Source of the DNA: a virus
Lineage: Duplodnaviria > Caudoviricetes
Virus record (IMG/VR): IMGVR_UViG_3300031867_000035
Location: 12,296-76,295 of that record
Strand: one strand, 5' to 3'
Length of the DNA: 64,000 bases
Part shown: in pieces, positions 23,424 through 35,400 of the stretch
Layout: the number at the start of each line of letters is the position of its first letter
Position numbering within the stretch: position 1 is the stretch's first letter
Notes under the pieces: generated by a model
Told to the model about the DNA's origin: nothing
Database searches by the model: none
What the model saw: only the letters and a program-made list of their open reading frames with translations
Made by a program: the position numbers and the translations under genes

Positions 23424-26400
23424 ATGGAAAGAGATTATAAAAACAACAACATTTTTTATGAGAATACCGAAGATTTAAATATCGGTAAGACAAATCAGAA
23501 GCCTGCAGAAGTAGAGCAGTCTACTCCAAAGTTTTCTATCAAGCTTGACAAAGACGAGGAAGCTGCTAGACAACAAGGCTTTTTAAATTTTAATTCAGGT
23601 GTATCAATGATTGATACTTCTGAGTATTCACAATCAGATATTCGTTCAATGTTAGGTTCAAGAACTAAAGTTGATTTATCTGATACAAAAGAAGATACGG
23701 GTACATATAATACTACTAAAGCTTTAGCAGAAGATTATGTTAGTCAAGACGAGGAATATATTACTTCTGGTAGACTGTGGAAAGATATATATGGTTCAAC
23801 CGCCTATGCAGAATTAAAACATAAATGTGGTTTAAGTAAAACTGATTCATATACAGATTATTATAATAAAACAAAATATATACCTAAGGGTTATGAGATA
23901 GAAGCTAAGCTGTTATTAGCTGAAGAAAAAAGAATGAATTATTATATGGAATATAAGAAAGGTAATATATCAAAATCAGATTTCTTATATCAAGCTTATG
24001 GTAAAGATTTAATGAAAGAGGATGGCGTTGATTTATCTTCTCCATTATATTGGTACAATAAAGCAAAGAAGAATGATTTTACTAACCCACTTGATAGTGA
24101 TACATTCTTATCACAATTAATTACAGATTCAGAAAAATTATGGCACGCAGAAACTTGGTATCAATCTGCTGCTACAAGAAATATAGGTTCAACTTTAGCA
24201 GGATTATCTACTGGTTCAGAATTATCAGAAGAAAGTTTCCAAAATGTTTTTAAACAGCAAGTTGAGGCATTAAAACCATATTTCGATAATGATGTTAAAA
24301 AGATTATGACATACTATCAAGCTGGTTTCTTAGGCTCAGCATTCTCACCAATGATAGACATTGACGGAGATGGTAAGTATGACTATTACTATCATAGTGA
24401 TGGTAAACTATATGCAGTAGATGGTTCATCAGGAACTGGTTCATCTACCTGCTCTATTGTTTATAATGATGATGGTTCAGTACATTCAGTACAAGTACAC
24501 GAAGCTGTTGATGGTTGGTTAGATTCTTTATGGGATGGATTCACAGGATTCTTTATCGGCTTTGCAGATTTATTTGCATTAATCCCAGGACTAATTAATA
24601 CAGATGCTATGGCTAATTATGAAGCTTGGAAGAAAAGAACAATAGCAGATGAAGATAGAGTAGTCTTTGATTCTATGGATAAATGGAACGGAGATGACTG
24701 GGGTAACGCTGTAGCTGAAGGTGTAGGTACAATCGCAGGTATGGTTCTATTATTAGTACTTACTTATGGTATAGGTAACGCAATATCAGCAAGTGGTGAA
24801 GCTGCAAAAGCTGGTATGGACGCAGGTCTACAAGGAGCAGTTAAAATAACTTCCCAAGAAACAGCTACTACCTTTGCAGAAAATATTGCTAAAGAAGCTG
24901 CTGATAAATTCACAAGTAAAGCTTTACAAAGAGCTTTTATGGATAACGCTTTAAAAGCTGCAACAAAAGAAATCAGTAAGAATGTTGCCCTAGATGCTGC
25001 TATTAAAACAGCTTTAAAAGAAGGTGCTAAAAAATTTGGTGCTAGTGCTGCGAGAGCTACTGCATTAAATATAGGACGTAATGTCGCTGCTGCAGTTGTA
25101 GGCAAAGGTGGCTTCACTACCACAATCTCTCAAGCTAAGGGTGGTACATTATTAAATACTACATTAGCTAAAGTAGCTCAAAGAAGTTCAAGTACAGGTT
25201 TAAAAAAGATTGCAGCTAACGCTTGGGTACGTAGTAGTTTAACTGCAACTGAATTAGCAGTAAGAGATTATATTACTGTAACAACACAATTAAAAGCCAA
25301 GAACAAAGCTCTACAATATTTAGAGTATGCTACTAAAGGGGAAGTAAAAGCTTTAAGTGATGGTGAGATAGCTGGCAGAGCTTGGCTTGTTGCAGGAACA
25401 GATTTAGTTATTTCAACTATGTTCCGTGCTGTAGGTTCGCAAGGTGCTACATCTAGATTCGTTAAAGACTCTGATACTTTATTAAAAAACATAAATGCTA
25501 ACACTGCAGATGTCATCAATAGGTATGCTCAGCATTTAAAAACATATTGTAGAATAGATGCTGCTTTTGATATTTTTGAAAACATCACTACTTCCGCTGT
25601 TCAAGCTGCAGCAAGTAATCCTTATGCTAAATTAGGCTCAGAAGAATCTTGGGCTACAGCTATGCAATCAATAGTTAACCCTGCTTTCATAGCAAGTAAC
25701 TTATATGCTACATATAACAACTTAGTATCTTGGGGTGGAAGAAATGGTGCTCCAGTAAGTACTTCTATTTATGATGATAGAGTGGAAGCTATTGCAAGAC
25801 AGATTAATATTAGTGCCAATTCTTTGGGAGACCAATTAGATACATTAAGTGAAGCTTTAGTAGCTAAGAATTCAAATGTTTCTAATGTTATTGAAATACA
25901 AGAATCCTTAGATAGAGTTAAGCAAAAAACAATGGAAACATTAAACAATTCTTCTAACTCTAGAATTGATAACTTACTTCAAGCTGCACAAGACTTGGAT
26001 ACTTTATTTACAGAAGATGTAGTTGCTGCTAACAAGAAAGAAATTCTTGATAGTTTTAATATAACCCTTTCAGAATATAATCAAATAAAGGCCTTAATTA
26101 AAACTTATAATGATAACAATCCAGATAAGCCTATTGGTTTAATTACTGGTAAAGTCTTCTACTCTGCTCAAAAAGAAAATGATGCTAATGTAGCTAAAGC
26201 ATATAAGGCTGCTTTAGACTTAATGACCAAGAGAAGCACTGAGCTTAAAGCTAAAGAAGAGCAGGTAGCTAAAATCTTCCTTAAAGGTGCTAGATTTGTT
26301 ATGACTAAAGCAAATGAAGTATCTTTAAAATATGTAAACCAATTAATTGCCGAAACAACTTTCAAAACTTCTGGTGTTCATCTAGAAGAAAGATATCAAA

Positions 26401-29400
26401 AAATAGTAAATACTTTTATAGCTAAAAGATTTGAAATGCTAACTGATATAACTACAGAAGGTAATGAAGAATTAAGAAACAAAGAGTTAGCAGAATTAGA
26501 GACATATTTAAATTCTGAATACTTTAAGTTCCATTCTTTATCTACTTCATCAGCTACAGCAGATGTTTCTTATACAATGGTTCCAGTTTATGATGATAAA
26601 GACAATACTAAAATTAAAACATATAAATTGGATAGCACAGCTACAGGAGATAATATTCTTATTAAGTTATTAAGTAACTACGATAAGAACAAGGCTGTTA
26701 TTGAAGCTCTATGCAATAGATATCATCTTATTGATGTAGTTAAAAATAACGATGGTACTTTAACTATTAATACAGCTAATATGGCTCCTTGGTATGCTCT
26801 TGAATTAGATAATTCAAAGAACAATCAATTATTAGCAGATATTTCTAATAATAAATATTTAAAAACATTTATGGACGTTATAGACTCAGTTGCATATATG
26901 TTTGAAAATTCAGACTTAAATGAATTAAATGTTGTTGATTATGATGAACCTTTAATTCTAAAGTTAAGAGTAGCTACAGGTAACACTAATGGTTCTAATG
27001 AACAAGAATATATCAATATTTATTTGATACCAAGTAAGATAAGTGGCAACATCGATACAGGTACAAGTTATGGTGATGTTGCTAATAGACTTATGGCACT
27101 TCAAGGTATCTTATACTCAACATACGGTTTATTCAAACAAGCAGCTGATGGTGTAGTAAATAATGAATCAGCTGTAAAATATCTAGCACAATTAGGTGCA
27201 TTACTTACAGAAGAAAAAGCAATGGACCCATTCTATGATTTCTTAAAACTATTTAACTCAGATAACGAAGAGGAGAGAAGATTAGCTATAGAAGAGAATC
27301 TACCTAAAGCTGTTATGGCTATATTAAGTAGATGTAAATTTAATATGGTTGATGGTAAAGAGCCTTCTGATTCTGTATTAACTAGAAAGCAATTATTAAC
27401 ATTTGTTAAAGCTGGTGTCTTTGGAGAAAAAGGTGAGTATGCCTTATTAAATAAAATTATTACAGAGAATTCTTCTGGTAAAAATGGTAATGCTTCAGCT
27501 AATAATATTGCTAAGATTGCTCAAGAAATTTTAGACTATGTTAATACTATAGACAAGATTGAGGGTACTCTAAAAATCTTAAACGACTATGCAGAAAATA
27601 CTAAAACTGATTTATCAGCTAATGAAATATCTAAGCTTAAAGATTGTGTTAACACATTAAAAAATAATCAAGACTTAACCGATTCTTTAGATGCAGATGG
27701 TATGTTACCTGACACAATCAAAAGATTATTAAAAGAGAGTACACTTGAAAATTTTTGGCAAGGGTCCCAAAAAAGAGACAGTCATTTGGAAGCCCTATCA
27801 AAAAACTTATTAAGACTGTCAGACAAAAACATCCAAAATCAGGAAGAGCTAAAGACGCTTCTTAAAAAATTCTTAGATGAAGATTTGATGAGTATTCAAA
27901 TTGTTAAAGATAATCCTTTTGAGTTATCAAAACAATTCTTAATTAGATATTTCAACTCTTTTGATAGCTATAAAAACTCTTTTGATAGCTTTAAAAAAGT
28001 ATCATACTTCTTAGAAGCATTAAATACTTCTGATTTTAAAGACTTCTTAAAAAATCCTACAGATTTTATTAATGATTATAATGCCAAAAATTCCGCACCT
28101 GGATATAATATTAAAAATTTCGCTCCTGACTTAAAGTTAGAAGACTTTGGTCATTTATTTATTACTAACGCAAAAGGTGTTAGAAAGACAGATTATAATT
28201 TCTTGTTAGGCTTAACATTAATAAATAAATTCAGAAATGATTTAAGTAAGAATGATTTCGTGGAAGCTTCTTTCTATGATACTGAAACTTACTTAGATTC
28301 TTTATACAATAACGTGATTAAAGACCCTAACTCTGTTGAGTTCCAATATATCAGTAGACTATACAAAATAGCTACCGACAAAGATTTAAATATTCATATG
28401 CTTAGCATATCAGACCCAACAGCTAAAAATTACAAGAGACCTTTCAGTACTTTAATGGTACATAATGCTGATGGCACAACAGAGAGTATTGGGGATTTAA
28501 TTTATAAAAGTAATAAAGCTGCATCTGTTCTTGTAGAATCTATAGTAGATGATGCTATAGAAAGTAAGATGGAACTATTACAAGATGGTATAGACTATTA
28601 CTGGAGGGATACTACAGTTACCCCAAAACAAAATGTTATTGAGATAGATATGCTAAACTTCTTACCAGCTAATTTAAGAATAGCTTTAAAGTCTTTCTTA
28701 AATAGTAGTGACCTAGCTACAAAGATGGGTGCAGAAGCAAAAATTAAATCTGAAGAACTTGCTAAAGAATTTAAAAATTTATTAGCAGGACATTCTTCAA
28801 ATGCTACTTATTCACAATATAAAGCTTATAAAGTTTTACTTTCTGATTGTTTAGCTTCTGGTAATTTCATATTAAGATATAACGTAGATAACGCTGCATC
28901 TATGAATAGTTTAAAAGTTTTCTTAACTTCTTGTGGTTATGATAACTTTGATGTTGATGCTGCAAGAAACGGCATATCTGAAATAGAAGGATTAAATTTC
29001 AAAACAGTAGATACTCATAACATTAATTCAACTTTAGCAGCAGAAAAATTCTATCGTGCTGCAAGATTATATAAAACAAAGTATGGTATTGCAAAGCCAA
29101 TATTAGGTGAGAAGATTAAAAAGAACTACACCAATGTTCTATTCAATTTATTCTCGGGAATAACAAAATTTAATGATGATACTAATATACAGCTTCTTGA
29201 TGAAGATGGTAAAGCAATTCCTTATTACAGTATTATTTATAAAAAAACTGACCCTAACAAAGCATACACTTTCGTAAATGCTTTTGGTAATACTGAACAA
29301 GCACGTTCTGAAAAAGGTACATTAAGTGGTGGTGCACAGACATTACAATATATAAATAAGTATAGAGGATTAGGTATAGATGTTAAAGATGATAACTTAT

Positions 29401-32400
29401 CTTTAGATTCAAAATCTTTTAAATCATTTACAATAGTTAGATTAGCAGAAAAGACTGCTGAATACTTAAACAACTTAACAGGTAAACAAGCTCAAACTAT
29501 TCAAGTAACAATACCTAAAGCTGAGCAAGACACATTCAAAGAGATGTATGAGGATGGTAAAGGTTTCTTTAAAATAATGGGTGAACCTGAAGGAGATACA
29601 TTTAGACTAGAGCCTACTTATAAATCTGCAGAAGAGTTCTTGGCTTATGTTAATGAAGAAGGCTTTGATATAAGACAAGTCTTACCTGTTGTTTGGAATA
29701 ATGATAAATCAATTAAGAATACAGAGTTTAGAGCTTATGAATATATAAGTAATGAAACTTTGTTTTCCGAGTTAGCTAATTTAAAGATTGAAGGATTAAA
29801 AACTATTGATGATTTTATTAACTTCCAACCTATCCCTAAAGATGAAATATATAGTTTTGATTCTAAAGAATATTCAGATTTCTGTTTAGCACACTCTAAT
29901 AAGAATGTAGGAAATATTCTACAAGATTTGGGTGATATAAAAAATAATTATTATTTAGCTTGTCTAAAATATGAATTAGGACTTTCAAAAGCTTATTCAG
30001 ATTATGCTATTAGTTATCTAGGCCAAGATGCAGACTTAATTGATTTAGCTAATCCTAGAATTTATAAGATACTAGGTTCATTATTAAATGATGGTTCAAG
30101 TTTAGATGAATACAAATTCAGCTACTTATTAAATAAGAACTATACTATAACAGAAGATGATGTTAATAAATTACTTAAAGCTTTAAACGAAGGTATAACT
30201 AATTCAGAAAATATCTTTCCAGAGCAAGCTACTGATACAGATAATGTAGATACAAAAAATAATTTCACTTCACTTGACGTTGAAAAACTTAACTCATCTA
30301 ACAACGTATCATTAGATATTAAAAAGGAAACTATAGCTAAATTATTAGATGTACTAAGAAACTCTGAAGATTATTTAATTACTAGATTATCAGAACCCAT
30401 TGATTTAGTTCAACCAGATAATTTAATTTCTTGCTTAGCATTATTCTGCGAAAATTCTGGAGGTTCATTGTCTATTCCTATGGAATACTTAATGCGTTCA
30501 TCAAAGAAGCAACGAGAAGCATTCTTTACATTCTTAAATGCTATTATCGCAAATCCAACAGAATATAATTTTAGTGATGATGATATTAAAAAGTTAAACG
30601 ATTTAATAACATTATTAAATACTAAAATAGATTTAATGACTAAAATAAATCCTACTAAAGATGTAGATGTTAAACCTGCAAGAGTTATATTTGAAAAAAA
30701 TGCTGTAAGTGCTCCAAGAGTAGGTGTAGAACCAAAAGCTGGTTTCTTAAGTAATGGTACTGGTAAACTATCGAATGCACAATTACAAAGAATAACAGAT
30801 TATATAGTGGCAGCAGAAAATAATAAAGTTGACGTTGCACCATTCATTAAGTTATCTAGTATTAATCCAAATGATAGTGTTGTAGAAACTCCTTTCAAAC
30901 ACAGCTTAATCAAATTATTAAATGCAACAGTATGTAAAAATTCCGATAAACCAGGTTCAACTATGGTTTATAATATGGATAGTGATGAAGCTATAGTTAA
31001 TGCATTAGTAAGTGTTCTTGCTTTTACAGAAAACACTAAACTATTATTGCAAGATTTAGGTGTGCCTGAGATTCAAAAAATTCCTTTAGATATATTAATG
31101 GAGTTAGGTTTAAAAGCAAATCTATTAACTACTGGTGCTGACTACCAAGCAGAGTTCGCATCATCCCTTATTCTAAAATGGAATAAAGAAACTAACGAAT
31201 ACTCAATAGTTCCTTTAAGAACTTCATCATCAGATACAGAACAAAGTTTATATAGATATTTCTTAGGCTTAAAGACTGGTGATTCTGATGTTAATGATAT
31301 AACTTTAAAAACAATAAACGAAGATATAGCTAATAATCCTACCCATTATTTCTTATTATCTTCTTCAAAAAATGCTTTCTTAGAAAGTCCTGATGGTTAT
31401 AACGAAACAACAAGACTTCTATATTTAAATGATATCAATGTTCAAAAGAGCTTAAGAGAAAATATGGTTAAAAAAGCAATTATAGCTAGAGATGGATTTG
31501 TACTTAATGTTCCTGGTGAAAATGATTTAATGAATTTATTAGATTCATATTATAATGTTCACGCAGTAACAACTTATGATGTATGGAGAAATGTTGTTGA
31601 TTCTCTACGTACATTAGGCGTATCAGATTCTGTTGCAGACTTATTGTATCCTACAGTAGAGAGTTTATATGTAGGCAACCCATCTTCTTTAAACGACCAA
31701 TGGATACAAGATACTCTAGCAGAATTCATTGACAGCTATAAAGGTAAAGTTCCTTCAGTACAATTCAAAATTTTCTCAGATGCAATAGCTTGGGGAATAA
31801 CTAATAGGGTATTAAAAGCTCAAGATATAGCAGCTTTAAAGAATAATGAAATTGAAATAGAGGCTGCTTATAGAGAAACTCAATTAAAAAAAGGCATAAC
31901 TCAAAAAGAAATATCTAATAATACAGAACGTGTAGAAGCTATAATAGATTCTATCAAATCTAATGATACAGATATAATAGATTATGCAAAGCAAAATATT
32001 AAATCATTAGATAAGGATACTCAAGTATATCTAATTCAAAAATTATTATTAGATAGAAAAGATGGTTTTGATTTATATGCTATTCTTAATATGAGCTCAA
32101 AAAATAAAACGTTATTTGATATTTCAGAAAGTATAAGACCTACTATTAATAACGAATTATCAAATGACTGGGTTCATTCTCCTAAGAATAAAAGTAAAAA
32201 CATTACTGCCACAAATGTAGTATCAGATACAAATCACGTTGTTTATGATGCTGAATGGTTTATACCAGAAAAAGATAAGAAAAATAGTTTTACAGATGTA
32301 TATCAAATAGGCTTATGCTTACGTAAAGCTGTTAATGATAAAGATAAAGCTAGAATTATTGATAGCGATACATTAAATAATTTAGAGAAGCATAATATTT

Positions 32401-35400
32401 TAATTAAAAAGAATATTATGAACAACAAAAATAAATTATATGTTGAAGCTAAAGATTCTTATGATGCAAAGATAAAAGCTTGTACAAGTGGTAAAGATAC
32501 TTATGTAGACTCAAAAACAAATGTTATTTACCATATAATCGATGGTGGTCCTAATTCTACATTAGAGGATGATGTTAGATTAGCTTATACTACATTTGCT
32601 AAAATTATAAATGATAATGATGTATCTGTAATTATGTCTTACGGTGGTAAGAATGATAATAGAGAAGAAATAAGTGATAACAACTTAATAAGACACTGGT
32701 TAGGTGATGCTTTCTTTAATGATGTAGATGAGCTAGATATATTAAATGATGTAGCTTACAAAGTGTGGTCACGTACTACAGAAGATATGACTTCTTATTC
32801 AATGGATTCAATGCGTAGAGAAGGTAAGATTAATTTAAATAACTCTCTTTTAGAACACGATGCAGTATCTGATAGTTTAGATGAATATGAGTTATTTGTT
32901 AAAATAATTAATAACAAAATTAATATAGATAACTTATACTTAAAGCCTTTATCTGACATTGCAGAATTATTTGGTGAAGATGTAGATTACAGAAATTGGT
33001 CTGATGATTTCAAGAATACTTTGAAAGCTGTTAAATTTAATGAGTTAAAAGATATAACAGATAACTTAAAAGATATTGTATCTAAAATAGATATAGATAC
33101 TTCAGTTTTTACAAGAAGTAATGAAGCTATAAAATCTGTTATGGATGCTTATAAATTAACATTCGAACACGTATGGAGAAGAATGGAATTTAAAGATTTA
33201 GAGAAAGTTAGAAATAACTTCCTAGATATTTATGATTCAAGTTATAATTCAACTTACTTTGCTTCTATTAAGAATAAAAAACATAGAACAGAAGTTAGAA
33301 ACATTCTTCTAGGCATTGTAAACGAAAGATATGATTTAAATGAAGGTTTCTCTGCTGTATTGGAAAGAGACCCTGTAACTAACAAATTTAGAACATCTGA
33401 TATTAAAGGTGTAGAAAATTTAAAAACCGCTTTAAAGTATATGACTTCTATATTAGCCGAAGCCGCAAGACTATATAAAGAGGATACAAAAAATCCTTAT
33501 AATCCAAAATATATTTCAAACAGAAATAAAACAAAGTCCTTCTATTCAGAAGATGCACAGACTATAGCAAGATATATTGCTGAAGCTAAAACAACTTTTG
33601 AAATTACAGACTTAGATGCAAGACGTAGTAAAAGAAATGACTTTAAGCAAAATGAGAAAACTTTAACACAGGCTGTAATAGATTCAAAGTTTAATTTAGA
33701 TAATAATACATCTGAAGCCTTAAGAGATATATATTCAATGTTAAGAGATGAATCAACTGATTTGCTTTCATTGAAAGATTATAAGCATACAGTAACTAAC
33801 CAAGATTTTTATATCCAAATTGCTAGACCTTTGGCTAATGTATTAGGTATTAATGTTCAAGATTCTGACGCTACAGCATCAGATGAAGTTGTTTCAAAAA
33901 CATTCTCCGATAAATTAAGAGCTGCCTTATTCAATGATTTACTAAGTGTATATGGTAGAACAAATGCAGGTAAGAGAACTCACGAGCAAATAATAAAAGA
34001 TAATACTTACAATGGAATAAGACATACCTTAATAGATAAAGCAGATACTTATAAAAAAGGAATGATTGAGGCATTTACTTCTAGTAAGGGTTTATTTACA
34101 GGTAACTTAAGAACTAAAACTGCTTTATGGTCAATGGGTCACGAAAGATATAAGAAGACAATGACTGGTGAATATGGTACTTTATATATAGGCGAAAAGC
34201 TTCTTACTTCTAAGAAAGCATTTAAAGATTTATTTGGTATGTATAAAGCCACATATAAAACAGATAGTAATGGTAAGCAAGTTGTTGACTATGATGATAA
34301 CAATCAAAACACTTTCTATACTTTAGTATGGAGACAACCATTACAGCAAGAAACTCCTATTCAACTTATGAAAGTTAAAGTTGTTGATGGTGATACATTC
34401 TCTATGACAACCACAACTGCCGATAACTTCTTTAATGGAGACTTCGATGGAGACCAATATTTCTTCTCTCATCCTTCTCAAATAACTAATACTAAAGAAG
34501 CTAAGAGATTATTTGAGCTTCAAAACAAACAGACAGAATTATTCTATAATCTATTTAAGAAGGATAATAAATTAACGCTTACTAATCAAATCTTATTAGA
34601 AGAAAAATATAGAAATTTAGCTAGAGATGTATTCTTAAGCAGTAACGTCCAAAGTGCTTTTAAGGCTATATTTGCTAACATTGAATTATCTAGAGATAGT
34701 ACAGGTAAAGCAACTAAAGTTAAAGACCTTCCTATATTCTTAGGTGATGCCACATTAATAGATAAATTTAAACAGGAATATTATAAAGCCTTTGATACAA
34801 TAGTTACTTCAAAAGAATATAATCAACTTTCTATTGAAGATAGAGAAACATTAAGAGATTCATTCCTCGAAAACTTTGGTGTAAGAATAATTAAAACTTC
34901 AAAAGGTACAACAGTTCTTTCTGACAATCCATTCTATCGTGAGGATAGAGATACTACTATGAGATTAAAAGCAACTAGAAAATTCTATATGCTAGATAAC
35001 CTTTCTAATAGTGGTATGGATGCTCCAGAAAATGGCCAGTTGGCAAAGAACTATAAATGGCAAAAAGGTTCTGTTGATATGAATGAGGCTTATAGATTAT
35101 TCTACAATTCAACATTCTCTTTAAAAGAAGATGACTTACATTTATTTAGTAACTTACTTGCTAAAGAAGGTAACTCATTAAGCTCTGTAAAGATAAACAA
35201 ATATCTAGATTCTTTATCATCTTTAATAGGTAAAGATATGGTTGACTGGGCTAAAGAATATGTTGACAAAGAAATAATAACATACGTTGAAGAACAGCAT
35301 AAGTTAGGGGTTAAAGATGCTCAAACTTATAACATAGTTGTAAGAAGATTATCTAATTTAAGTAATGCTATTCAGCAAAATATAATAACTTCAAAAGAAT

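Noticed and set aside
24357-24383. DIDGD as a second RNAP catalytic motif
   Set aside because: No preceding R-x-P or barrel context; DIDGDGKYD fits a Dx[DN]xDG calcium loop better.
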